The position numbers and the translations under genes were made by a program. Below the pieces are notes generated by a model. The model ran no database searches and had not been told where the DNA came from. It worked only from the letters and a program-made list of their open reading frames with translations. DNA of 64,000 nucleotides, taken from NCBI GenBank assembly GCA_965219685.1, contig CBDCOH010000002.1:3232001-3296000 (forward strand). The letters are read 5' to 3'. Positions 38,329 to 47,989 of the stretch are shown here, piece after piece; the first letter of the stretch is position 1, and each line of letters starts with the position of its first letter. This DNA is from Candidatus Spongiisociaceae bacterium (GTDB lineage Bacteria > Actinomycetota > Acidimicrobiia > Spongiisociales > Spongiisociaceae).

Positions 38329-39315
38329 CTAAGCCTCGTTGACTCGGGGAATCACCAGTTCGTTCAGCATGTCCAACTGCTCGGGCTCGTCCGAAGTCGG
38401 ACCGAGGACCAGATACTCGCAGCCGGCGTCCCTGAGGTCGACGATCCGCTCCACGATGTCGTCGATCGAACCGAACATGTACGACCTCTCCAGGTGATCC
38501 CGGTCCCGGTGAGGGCCCATGACCTCGGAGAAGTACCCATGCTGGATCGTCTTCGCCTTCTCCCGGTCGTTCGTGTCAACGAGCAGGGTGAAGTTGCAGT
38601 GACCGAATCTCGGTGGGTCCTGGTCCCGCGCCGCGGCGTGATGCCTGATCAGTTCCCAGTCCCGCTTCACCCATTCCTGCTCGCCGGAACAACGCGACAG
38701 CCACCAGTCCGCTCCGAGTATCCGATCCCGGACGGTATTGGCCAGCTTGGCTACGTCGTGATCGTACGCGCCGTCCGGGATCCGCGAACCACCCGCCACC
38801 CAGATCGGCGGGATCCTCGGTGGCCGGGGCTCGATGGTCAGGTCCTTAACCGAGTAGAAACGGCCCTCGAACGTCACCTCGTCCTCGGTGAGGAGCCGGC
38901 GGATCAGGCTCATCATCTCGTCGGTACGCCGTCCGCGCTCGGTGACGCTGGTCCCGACAGCCTCGAACTCCGGCGGGTACCACCCCGGACCGATGCCGAA
39001 CTGGAACCTGCCGCCGTAGAGGAAGTCGAGGGTGGCCACCTCCTTGGCGACCACGACCGGGTGCCGGACGGGCAGCACGAGAATCCCGGTCCCCACCCAC
39101 ACGTCGGGGGCGACGGCAGCCGCCCAGGTGCATACATGCAGCGGCTCGAGCCATGACATCCCGTACAAGCCCGGGGCGTGGAGCAGGTGGTCGATGGTCC
39201 ACAGATCGATGCCGTACCGGTTGGCCCTGCGCGAGAACGTGTCCACACCCTTCCTCACCCGGTCGTAGTCGAGGTCCGGGTAGGTGTACGAGGGGATCCA
39301 TGCACCGAAGCGCAT
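38329..39315 (-). CDS. LLM-class flavin/F420-dependent oxidoreductase
   Basis: WTIDH, GTGILVLP.RHP..AKEVATLD...GGR..GIGPGW, PPIWVAG. Confidence 0.9.
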   Translation of the reverse strand: MRFGAWIPSYTYPDLDYDRVRKGVDTFSRRANRYGIDLWTIDHLLHAPGLYGMSWLEPLHVCTWAAAVAPDVWVGTGILVLPVRHPVVVAKEVATLDFLYGGRFQFGIGPGWYPPEFEAVGTSVTERGRRTDEMMSLIRRLLTEDEVTFEGRFYSVKDLTIEPRPPRIPPIWVAGGSRIPDGAYDHDVAKLANTVRDRILGADWWLSRCSGEQEWVKRDWELIRHHAAARDQDPPRFGHCNFTLLVDTNDREKAKTIQHGYFSEVMGPHRDRDHLERSYMFGSIDDIVERIVDLRDAGCEYLVLGPTSDEPEQLDMLNELVIPRVNEA

Positions 39316-39428
39316 CAGCCGGCTCCTTGCGCTGCCTCGGGGATGCCACCGTTCTGAACGGGGAATGGCGGTTCTCAGTATACTTGCCTCCCCAGCTCCC
39401 GGCGGGGCTGCGCGGGCAGGGGAGGATC

Positions 39429-40274
39429 TTGAAGCCGCCGCCTTTCGCATACGTGAGGCCTGCCTCTCTCGACGAGGCGGCCGGACTCCTGTCCGAGGAT
39501 GACGGAGCGGTCCTCCTTGCCGGCGGCCAGAGCCTGGTGCCGATGCTCAACCTGCGTCTGGCGCGACCGTCGACCGTTGTGGACATATCCGGTCTAACGG
39601 GTCTCGCCGGGATCGAGTGGAGCGCTGATCGGGTCACTATCGGAGCGCTGGCGACACAATATGCCGTCGAGACCCACCCGTGGCCGGACTCGTTGGCTGC
39701 CCTTCCCCATGCCGTCGCCAACATCGCGTACCCGGCCATCCGGCACCGGGGAACCGTCGGCGGTAGCCTCGCCCATGCCGACCCGAGCGCCGAGCTCCCC
39801 ACCGTGACGACCGCTCTCGGCGCCGGCATCCACCTCCGCTCGGTGAGAGGAGACCGCAGGGTTCCGGCGGAGGACTTCTTCGTGGGCTACTTCTCCACCG
39901 CGCGCGATCCGGACGAGATCGTCGTGGCGCTCGACCTTCCGTTGCGGCCCCGGATGAGAACGGGTTTCGCCGAGTTCAGCCGGCGCCCCGGAGACTTCGC
40001 CGTGGCGCTCGCTGCGACCGCGACCTGGGAAGGGCCGATGGGAAAGTTCGCCCGCGTGGTGGTAGGTGGGCTCGACATGCGGCCCCGCAGGATCGACACG
40101 TTCGAGCGGGCGCTCCTCGAAGGAGAGGATTGGCGGGATCACTGCACGCCGGAGGTCCTTTCCTGCTACACCGAACCTGTCTCGGACATACACGGGTCGT
40201 CCGAGTACCGGTTGCATGTGGGCGCCGAGTTGGTTCGCCTTGCCCTCGAACGGATGGAGGGGGGTTCCTCATGA
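39429..40274 (+). CDS. Mo-hydroxylase FAD-binding medium subunit (CoxM-like)
   Basis: TTG start after GGAGG; KPPPFAY, AGGQSL, RGTVGGSLAHADP. Confidence 0.9.
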   Translation: MKPPPFAYVRPASLDEAAGLLSEDDGAVLLAGGQSLVPMLNLRLARPSTVVDISGLTGLAGIEWSADRVTIGALATQYAVETHPWPDSLAALPHAVANIAYPAIRHRGTVGGSLAHADPSAELPTVTTALGAGIHLRSVRGDRRVPAEDFFVGYFSTARDPDEIVVALDLPLRPRMRTGFAEFSRRPGDFAVALAATATWEGPMGKFARVVVGGLDMRPRRIDTFERALLEGEDWRDHCTPEVLSCYTEPVSDIHGSSEYRLHVGAELVRLALERMEGGSS

Positions 40275-40762
40275 GGGTTCCCGCCGACGGGACGCTTTCC
40301 GTGTCGGTGACCGTCAACGGCGTGCTGCGCTCGGCAGAGACCACGCCCCGCACCCTCCTCTCCGACTTCATCCGGGATAGCCTCGGCCTGAAGGGCACCA
40401 ACGTCGGATGCGAGCACGGCTACTGCGGCGCCTGCACCGTGATCCTGGACGGGCAGACGGTCCGTAGCTGCCTCATCCTTGCGCCGCAGGCTGAAGGGTC
40501 GCAGGTCACCACGGTCGAGCAGCTGGCCACCGGCGGCGAACTCTCCCCGCTCCAGGAGGCCTTCCGGCAGGCTCACGGTCTGCAGTGCGGGTTCTGCACG
40601 CCGGGTTTCCTCATGTCCGCCACCGAACTCCTCGACAATACGCAGGGACCGCTCACCCGCGACGAGATCCGATCGGCCATCGTGGGCAACATCTGTCGGT
40701 GCACCGGATACGTTCACATCGTCGACGCCATCAAGAAGGCATCCGCGATGAGGCAGCCGTGA
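40271..40762 (+). CDS. Mo-hydroxylase 2x[2Fe-2S] small subunit (CoxS-like)
   Basis: GCEHGYCGAC, QCGFCTPG, CRCTGY. Confidence 0.93.
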   Translation: MRVPADGTLSVSVTVNGVLRSAETTPRTLLSDFIRDSLGLKGTNVGCEHGYCGACTVILDGQTVRSCLILAPQAEGSQVTTVEQLATGGELSPLQEAFRQAHGLQCGFCTPGFLMSATELLDNTQGPLTRDEIRSAIVGNICRCTGYVHIVDAIKKASAMRQP

Positions 40763-43107
40763 CCGCCGCCCAGCCGCGCATGGTGGGGGCACGCGTGGCT
40801 CGCGTGGAGGATCCCCGGTTCCTCCGGGGCGAGGCCCGCTACATCGCCAACATCACCCTGCCCGGCATGCGACATGCGCGGTTCGTCCGCTCCCCTTTCG
40901 CCCACGCCCGGATCATCGGCGTCGACAGGTCCGGAGTTCCCGCCGGGGTCGCGGCCTACACCGGCGAGGACTGGGGAGCACCCTCGATAGAGTGCACGAG
41001 CCGCTACGAGGGCTTCCAGCGGGCACCGATGCCTGTCCTCGCCACCGGCAAGGTCCGTTATGCGGGCGAACCCGTAGCCGTCGTGGTGGCCGGTGACCCG
41101 TACCTGGCCGAGGACGCAGCCGAGGCTGTGGTGGTCGATTACGACCCCCTCCTTCCGGTTACGACGGTGGATGAAGCCCTGGCGGTGGATGCACCCCTCG
41201 TGCACGAGGATTGGACCTCCAACCGGTACGTGCCGAGGGCGTATGCCTCGCCCGACTACGACCGGGAGACCGAAGGCACCCTCACCGTCTCCGGTAGGTT
41301 CCTCAACAGCCGGCACTCGGGGGTGCCGCTCGAAGGGCGGGCTGTGCTCGCCGAGTACACCGGCGGCCGGATCCGGGTCCACACCGCCACCCAGATCCCC
41401 CACCTCGTGCGAACCGCCGTAGCGTCGGCCATGGACCTGGCGGAGAGCGCGGTCCAGATCGTATCCCCCGATGTGGGAGGGGGATTCGGGGTCAAGGCCC
41501 AGGCCTATCCCGAAGAGGTGGCGTGCGCTCTCGCCGCCCGTGCCCTGGCCACCCCGGTTAAGTGGCTGGAGGACCGCAGGGAGCACTTCCTGGCCAGCCA
41601 CCACTCCCGCGAGCATCGCCACGACGCCACCCTCCATTACAACAAAGAAGGCCGTATCAAAGCCCTAACCGCGGCGGTGCGTGTCGACATGGGCGCCTAC
41701 TCGGTGTTCCCTTGGACGTCGACGATGGACACCGGCATGGCGATGGGCATCCTGCCCGGCCCTTACCGCTTCACCGGTTACAAGGTCGACGGTTACCCCA
41801 CCTGCACCAACAAGACGCCCTACGGCGCCTACCGGGGCGTGGCTCGTCCGGCTGCCTGCTTCACGATCGAACGTCTCGTCGACTGGATGGCGCGCGAACG
41901 CGGCCTGGACCGGCTCGAAGCGCGGCGAAGGAATCTCGTGCGGGCGGAGGACTACCCCTGGACCAACCCGGGCGGCCTGGTGTACGACGGCGGTTCCCTG
42001 GTCGAGTCCATCGACGTGATGCGGGAATGGATCGGCTACGACTCCCTGAACGAGGAACTGGCCCGCGACCGCAGGGGCGGCAGGCTGCGGGGCCTGGGTG
42101 TGGCCATCTTCACCGAGCAGTCGGCTCACACGACGGAGGAGTTCAAGAAGAGGGGCGTCCCGATCGTCTTCGGCTACGAGACTTCGATGGCCCGCCTCGA
42201 TCCCACCGGTAACCTGACGATCGCGGCGTCGATCCACAACCACGGCCAGGGCCTGGAGACCACGCTGGGCCAGCTGGCCGGAGAGGTCCTCGGCCTCTCC
42301 GTTGACCGGATCAACGTCGTGTTCGGTGATACCGACCAGGTCTCCTACGGCTTCGGCACGTTCGCCAGCCGGTCCGCCGTCCTCGCCGGTGGGGCGGCGC
42401 GCCTCGCCGCCGGGGCGCTGCGGGAGAAACTGGCGCGGATCGCTGCTCACCTCCTCGAAGCCTCGGAGAAGGATCTGGTCTTCCGCGATAACCGGGTCGA
42501 GGTGGTCGGTACGCCGGGTTCAGCGGTAGCGCTGGAGGAGCTATGCCGTATCACCTACCAGCGCCCGGACCTCCTGCCCCCGGGGACCGAGCCCACTCTC
42601 GAGGAAACGAGGGTCTACGACGCACCGCCAGGTACGGGTACGTACACCAATGCCCTCCACGCGGGGATCGTCGAGATCGACGAGGCAACCGGCGCCATCG
42701 ACCTTCAGAACTACTGGGTTGTCGAGGACTGCGGTGTGATGATCAACCCGCTGATCGTGGAGGGACAGATTCATGGGGGAGTTGCCCAGGGGGTGGGGAG
42801 CGCCCTGTTCGAGGAGATGATCTACGACACCGACGGCCAGCTGCTGACGACCACCTTCATGGACTACCTGCTGCCCACCGCAAAAGACATCCCGTTCATC
42901 GCCACCCGCCACCTGGAGACCCCGTCGCCCACCACCGAGGGCGGGATCAAGGGCATGGGCGAGGGCGGCGCCATCGCTCCTGCAGCGGTGATCGCAGGCG
43001 GAGTCGAGGACGCCCTGTGCGCACTCGGCCGGGTGTGGGTCTCCCAGGTGCCGCTCACCCCTGAACGGGTGCTAGGTCACATCGCCGATGCGAGGAGCCG
43101 ACAGTGA
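40759..43107 (+). CDS. Mo-hydroxylase large subunit (CoxL/CutL-like, not form I CODH)
   Basis: VGGGFGVK, AYRGVAR loop, HGQG.ET, KGMGEGG. Confidence 0.92.
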   Translation: MTAAQPRMVGARVARVEDPRFLRGEARYIANITLPGMRHARFVRSPFAHARIIGVDRSGVPAGVAAYTGEDWGAPSIECTSRYEGFQRAPMPVLATGKVRYAGEPVAVVVAGDPYLAEDAAEAVVVDYDPLLPVTTVDEALAVDAPLVHEDWTSNRYVPRAYASPDYDRETEGTLTVSGRFLNSRHSGVPLEGRAVLAEYTGGRIRVHTATQIPHLVRTAVASAMDLAESAVQIVSPDVGGGFGVKAQAYPEEVACALAARALATPVKWLEDRREHFLASHHSREHRHDATLHYNKEGRIKALTAAVRVDMGAYSVFPWTSTMDTGMAMGILPGPYRFTGYKVDGYPTCTNKTPYGAYRGVARPAACFTIERLVDWMARERGLDRLEARRRNLVRAEDYPWTNPGGLVYDGGSLVESIDVMREWIGYDSLNEELARDRRGGRLRGLGVAIFTEQSAHTTEEFKKRGVPIVFGYETSMARLDPTGNLTIAASIHNHGQGLETTLGQLAGEVLGLSVDRINVVFGDTDQVSYGFGTFASRSAVLAGGAARLAAGALREKLARIAAHLLEASEKDLVFRDNRVEVVGTPGSAVALEELCRITYQRPDLLPPGTEPTLEETRVYDAPPGTGTYTNALHAGIVEIDEATGAIDLQNYWVVEDCGVMINPLIVEGQIHGGVAQGVGSALFEEMIYDTDGQLLTTTFMDYLLPTAKDIPFIATRHLETPSPTTEGGIKGMGEGGAIAPAAVIAGGVEDALCALGRVWVSQVPLTPERVLGHIADARSRQ

Positions 43108-44561
43108 ACAGATCCATCAATGCCTGCGCCGTGCAGTTGGAGTCGCTCGAAGGTCGGACCCCGGACGACGCTCTCGAGGTGGTTGCTTCGCGGATAGCAG
43201 AAGCTGCGGGTCTGGGCGCACAGCTGATCGTGCTACCCGAGATCTGGACGCCGGGCTACTTCGCGTTCGATGACTACGCGGAAGCCTCGCAGCACGCCGC
43301 CCGAATCAGGAACGAGCTCTCGGCCCATGCCCGTACCCTCGATGTCCACATCCACGGCGGCTCGTTCGTCGAGGAGGACGAGGGTGATCTGTACAACACG
43401 AGCGTCCTCTTCGACCCGGACGGCCGGGCAGTAGCCGAGTATCGCAAGATCCACCTGTTCGGATACGGCTCCCGCGAACCGGAGGTGTTGGCGCCCGGAA
43501 CCTCGCCGACCGTGGCCGACACCGATCTCGGGCGGATCGGGATGGTGGTGTGCTACGACCTCCGCTACCCCGGGCTGTTCCGCCACATGGTCGACCAGGG
43601 CGCCGAGATGGTGCTGGTCGCCTCCGCCTGGCCGCATCCGCGGGTCGGTCCCTGGTCAACGCTGAACCGCGCTCGGGCCATCGAAGGCCAGATCCACGTC
43701 GTAGCCGCCAACGGGGTGGGCCCCACCGAGAGCGGTCCCAGCCTGTGCGGCAACTCGGTGATCGTCGACCCCTGGGGAGTACCGGTGGCCCAGGCTGGCG
43801 ACGAGCCGGCGCTGGTCATGGCCCACCTCGACCTCGACGCGCCCTCGGCCGCCCGGCAGCGGTTCCACCAGCTGGCCGACCGGCAGATGGTCGGCCGCAG
43901 CACCCACCGGATCCGGTTCCGGAGACCCGGCGAGCGACCCATGGCGATGGAGGTCGACCGGGTGGCGATCGCGGGCTACACCGGCCGCGACGCCGATGCT
44001 GTCAACGCCTACGTCGAGAAGCTCGCCGAGGAAGGCATCGAGCCTCCCCCGTCCGTTCCGATGGTATTCCCGGTCGGCCGTGACCGGGTGGTCGCCCATG
44101 ACGTGATCGACGTGACCGGGGACCACACCAGCGGAGAGGTCGAGTTCGTCCTCCTGGTGACGGAGGACGGCATCCATGTCACCGCCGGCTCCGATCACAC
44201 GGACCGGTCCCTGGAACAGCAGTCCATCCCGCTCTCGAAACAGGTCGTGCCCAAGGTCGTGGCCGGCGACGCCTGGCGGCTCGACGAGGTGGCCGATCAC
44301 TGGGATCAGCTGGAACTGACCGCCTTCGTCGGCGAGGAGCGCCGCCTTTACCAGAAGACAGGGGTCGACTTCTTCCTCGAACCCGCCGAGGTCCTCTCGC
44401 TCGTCGAGGCAGCTCCGGGGACGGTGGTGTTCTGCGGGACGGTGTCCTCACTGGGCGGCGGCTTCGACTTCGACCCGGTCTTCACCGGCCGGCTGCACGA
44501 TCCGGTCCTGGACCGTTCCATCGAGTTCACCTATCGGGCCCGGCATCTGGAGGACCAGTGA
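43104..44561 (+). CDS. Carbon-nitrogen hydrolase fused to DUF2848-like domain
   Basis: LPE / YRKIHLF / CYDLR triad; C-terminal AGYTGRD, TSGEVE, GSDHTDR, SKQ. Confidence 0.82.
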   Translation: MNRSINACAVQLESLEGRTPDDALEVVASRIAEAAGLGAQLIVLPEIWTPGYFAFDDYAEASQHAARIRNELSAHARTLDVHIHGGSFVEEDEGDLYNTSVLFDPDGRAVAEYRKIHLFGYGSREPEVLAPGTSPTVADTDLGRIGMVVCYDLRYPGLFRHMVDQGAEMVLVASAWPHPRVGPWSTLNRARAIEGQIHVVAANGVGPTESGPSLCGNSVIVDPWGVPVAQAGDEPALVMAHLDLDAPSAARQRFHQLADRQMVGRSTHRIRFRRPGERPMAMEVDRVAIAGYTGRDADAVNAYVEKLAEEGIEPPPSVPMVFPVGRDRVVAHDVIDVTGDHTSGEVEFVLLVTEDGIHVTAGSDHTDRSLEQQSIPLSKQVVPKVVAGDAWRLDEVADHWDQLELTAFVGEERRLYQKTGVDFFLEPAEVLSLVEAAPGTVVFCGTVSSLGGGFDFDPVFTGRLHDPVLDRSIEFTYRARHLEDQ

Positions 44562-45247
44562 TAGAGAAGGGACCCAGAGGATTCGTCGATCCCACCCTCG
44601 TCGAGTGGTCGCCCGAAGCAGGGATCCAGGGCCTATACGCTAAGACGCTGGCCCGGTGCGAGAACACCGGCTCCTACACCCGGCTGCTCAAGTTCCTGCC
44701 CGGTACCGACACCTCCCCCGCCGGAACCCAGTCCCACCACCACCTCGAAGAGCTGTGGATAGTGTCGGGAGCAATCTATGACCTGGCGCTCGAGCAGAAC
44801 TTCGTCAAAGGGATGTACGCCAACCGGCTCCACCACATGGATCACGGACCTTGGCGGTCCCCGCACGGCGCCATCACCTTCGAGCTTCGCGACATGGACG
44901 CCGACCGGCAGATCACCAAGGAGCAGTTGGAGTTCTTCGACCCGTCGTTGCGCCCCTGGGACAAGGTCGACGAGCGAGCCGGCGTCTACGTCAAGACGCT
45001 CACCGAATGTCCGCGAACCGGCTCGTACGGACGCCTGGTCCGGTTCCGGCCCGGGGCTTCCCGCCCGTCGTTCGACGGTTCGTACGGCACGAGTGAACTG
45101 TGGATCGTGTCCGGGGTGCTCTCGACAGTGGGAGGGGAGACGGTCCAGCCCCGGGGAACTTACGGGAACCTCGAGGTGGATCTGCTCGACGGTTCCTGGA
45201 CGTCCCCGGTCGGCTGCACCGTCTTCGAGGTCAGGAACCGGATCTGA
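44558..45247 (+). CDS. Tandem ChrR-like cupin protein
   Basis: Two repeats of Y.KTL..C..TGSY.RL..F.PG...ELWIVSG...W.SP.G...FE.R. Confidence 0.8.
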   Translation: MIEKGPRGFVDPTLVEWSPEAGIQGLYAKTLARCENTGSYTRLLKFLPGTDTSPAGTQSHHHLEELWIVSGAIYDLALEQNFVKGMYANRLHHMDHGPWRSPHGAITFELRDMDADRQITKEQLEFFDPSLRPWDKVDERAGVYVKTLTECPRTGSYGRLVRFRPGASRPSFDGSYGTSELWIVSGVLSTVGGETVQPRGTYGNLEVDLLDGSWTSPVGCTVFEVRNRI

Positions 45248-45375
45248 GCGTGGGTTTCCAGCCTGACCCCGCTCCGAGTGCGTCGGAGCGTTGACGTGGC
45301 CTCTGACATGATGGCCCATCCGCCTGCTCCCCTCCTTCGAGTTCGACTCGGTGGACGGGTGTTCGAGGTAGTTCC

Positions 45376-45687
45376 ATGAGGTGGCGAAAGGCCCCCGTAC
45401 CGGCCGCCTCCCTCACCGAGGCGGGACCTGTCGGCATCACGATGGACGGCACCGATCTCCTGGTGGGCAGCTACGAGGGAAAGCTCTGGGCGATCGAGGA
45501 CCTCTGCAGCCACGCGGCGTGCGCCTTCACTGAGGACGGCGAAGTGGACGGTAACGCAGCCATCTGCGACTGCCACGGTTCGGAGTTCGACGTATTCACG
45601 GGAGAGGTTCTCGAACCTCCGGCCCAGGATCCCATCCGGACATTCCAGGTGAGAGATGAAGGCGGGCTGATTATGGTGTTGGTGTGA
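45376..45687 (+). CDS. Rieske [2Fe-2S] ferredoxin
   Basis: CSH...CDCHGS.FD..TG....PP. Confidence 0.92.
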   Translation: MRWRKAPVPAASLTEAGPVGITMDGTDLLVGSYEGKLWAIEDLCSHAACAFTEDGEVDGNAAICDCHGSEFDVFTGEVLEPPAQDPIRTFQVRDEGGLIMVLV

Positions 45688-46859
45688 TGGACGTCGACCA
45701 GTTGACGGTGGCGGAACTCGACGTGGATCCGTACCCGATCTACGCGGAGTTGCGGGAAATGGCGCCGGCCGTCTACATGCCGTGCCTCGATGTGTGGATG
45801 ATCGTGCGCTTCGAGGGCATCACCGAGGCTGCCATCAACACAGAGCAGTTCCCCGCCCATGTCACCCCTTCGCCCACCGACAACGCCCTCGGCGGTATCT
45901 CGATGATGACGACGGATGGGGAACCGGCCAAGCAGCGGCGGAGACCGTTCGATTCCACGTTCAGGCCCCGGGCGGTGGAGGCCACGATGCCGGAGGTCTT
46001 CGATCGGATATGCGACGAGCATCTCGATCTCATGGAGGGATCGGATTCGGCGGACCTCGTACCGGAGTTCTTCGAGCCCGTCTCACTTAGGTCGCTGGCG
46101 TACGCAATAGGGCTGCCGTCGCTTGAAGTTGCCACCCTGCGCCGATGGTTCGCCGGTCTGGCGGCCGGTGTCTCGAACTACGAGGACGATCCGGCCAAGA
46201 CGCGTTTCTGCCAGGAGGTGGCAGCCGAGATCGACGAGGCACTCCGGCCGGAATTCGAACGGGTACTCGACGATCCGGACGACGGACTGCTGTCCACCCT
46301 GGTCCACGCTACCGAAGGGCCGCTGGATGCCCGGCTGGAATGGCTGATGCCGTCGTTGAAGCTCGTCTTGCTCGGGGGTCTCCAAGAGCCTGCCCACGGC
46401 GCCGCCACCGTGGCGTACTGCCTGCTGGCCAATCCGGACCAACTGCAGGCCGTTCGGGAGAACACGGGCCTGATGAGGCAGGCGGTGGAAGAGGGGTTGC
46501 GCTGGACCGCCCCCATCGGCAACCTCCTGCGCGGTATTGCGCCGGGCGCATCGGTGGAGGGAATGGAACTACCGGAAGGCGAGAGGGCCATCCTAGTGGT
46601 CGCCTCCGGGAACCGGGACCGCGCGGTCTTCGGTCCCGACGCCGACGTGTTCGACATCCATCGACCCCGGCGGAACCACCTGTCGTTCGCGGTGGGACCG
46701 CACTACTGCATCGGTCACCACTTCGCCCGGGTCCAGTTGCGTATGGCGATCAACAAGCTGATCTCACGTTTCCCGGCCATCGAACTCGCCCCGGACCACC
46801 GGACGATGTTCCACGGGCACGAGTACCGCTCGCCCAAGACGCTACGGGTAACGCTGTGA
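45684..46859 (+). CDS. Cytochrome P450 with GGLQEP I-helix (CYP255/GcoA-like)
   Basis: EEGLR (ExxR), FAVGPHYCIG heme motif, LLGGLQEPAHG lacking the conserved Thr. Confidence 0.9.
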   Translation: MMDVDQLTVAELDVDPYPIYAELREMAPAVYMPCLDVWMIVRFEGITEAAINTEQFPAHVTPSPTDNALGGISMMTTDGEPAKQRRRPFDSTFRPRAVEATMPEVFDRICDEHLDLMEGSDSADLVPEFFEPVSLRSLAYAIGLPSLEVATLRRWFAGLAAGVSNYEDDPAKTRFCQEVAAEIDEALRPEFERVLDDPDDGLLSTLVHATEGPLDARLEWLMPSLKLVLLGGLQEPAHGAATVAYCLLANPDQLQAVRENTGLMRQAVEEGLRWTAPIGNLLRGIAPGASVEGMELPEGERAILVVASGNRDRAVFGPDADVFDIHRPRRNHLSFAVGPHYCIGHHFARVQLRMAINKLISRFPAIELAPDHRTMFHGHEYRSPKTLRVTL

Positions 46860-46932
46860 GCGGAGCGGAGGAACCCATGGGAACTGACCCAACGCACGCC
46901 ATCCCCCGGCGCAATACGAGAAGGCCGGGCTG

Positions 46933-47964
46933 ATGGCCGCCCCGATCCGCTCCGAACTGGCTTTCACGAGTGGCAACGAACTCCTGGTAGGTGACCTTGT
47001 CACTCCCGCCGGCCGGGACGACTTTCCCACCGTTGTGTTCCTGGCGGGGACCGGGGCGATCGACAGGTTCCAGCGGGGCGTGCTCCCCGGCGGGGAGATC
47101 AGGGACAGCAAGCCGCGGGGCTGGCTTACCGACGGCTTGGCCCGGATGGGCGTAGCGGTCTTCGCATGGGACAAGCGCGGAGTCGGCGCCAGCACCGGAG
47201 GGAACCGGAGGCCCGGCGATCCACCGGGAGACCGGGACTCTCACGCGTCGGTGCAAACAGATGTGGACGATGCGCTGGCGGCGTTGGAAGCGGTGTCGCA
47301 GTTGCCACAGGTGAACGAACGGCGGATAACGGTCATGGGGCACAGCGCCGGCGTCTACTTCGCCTCCCTGCTGGCAGCGAGGACCGACCTCCCGACCAGC
47401 TACGTGCTATGGGGTGGTGTGTACCAAGACATCGTCGACCTGATGGACTTCATCTACGGCCAGGCGATCGATTACGCGTCCCGTGGTCCGGAGGAGTACG
47501 CGTTCATACAGAAGCACTCGCCCGCGCTATACGCAACCGGCCTCCGGCGCAGGGAGATCGTCGAGGCAGCCCGTAGGGGCGATGCGACCTACCGGTGGGA
47601 ACACGATGGGCAAGAGCATGTCCAGCACCTGGCGCGCCTCAGCCAGGAGATCGCCTGGCCCCTCGGGGACCAGTTTAGGAACATACGGAAGCCGGTCCTG
47701 GTGATACACGGCGACCGGGACCTAAACGTCACATGCGACGACGCCTTCGAGATCATGGCCGCGCTGCAATCGGCGGGCAACGACGAGGCCACCCTGGTGA
47801 TCGTCCCGGGCGCCGACCACGGGATGCGGGTCGCACCTCGAAACCTGGATGCCGAAACCCGCCTCCGAGAGCGCCTCTCCTTCCACAAGGGCCGCCCGGT
47901 CTCTTCCTTCTTCATGCACTCCGTGGCCGGCTGGATACTCGATCAGGCATTGCTGGACTGCTGA
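46933..47964 (+). CDS. Alpha/beta hydrolase
   Basis: WDKRGVG.S, GHSAG, HGDRD, GADH. Confidence 0.85.
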   Translation: MAAPIRSELAFTSGNELLVGDLVTPAGRDDFPTVVFLAGTGAIDRFQRGVLPGGEIRDSKPRGWLTDGLARMGVAVFAWDKRGVGASTGGNRRPGDPPGDRDSHASVQTDVDDALAALEAVSQLPQVNERRITVMGHSAGVYFASLLAARTDLPTSYVLWGGVYQDIVDLMDFIYGQAIDYASRGPEEYAFIQKHSPALYATGLRRREIVEAARRGDATYRWEHDGQEHVQHLARLSQEIAWPLGDQFRNIRKPVLVIHGDRDLNVTCDDAFEIMAALQSAGNDEATLVIVPGADHGMRVAPRNLDAETRLRERLSFHKGRPVSSFFMHSVAGWILDQALLDC

Positions 47965-47989
47965 CGGACGGGGCGGACGGGCGAGCAGG

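Noticed and set aside
39429-43107. Aerobic CO dehydrogenase (coxMSL order)
   Set aside because: Active-site loop is AYRGVAR, not the form I AYxCSFR; the orphan subunit has PYRGAGR. Substrate unknown.
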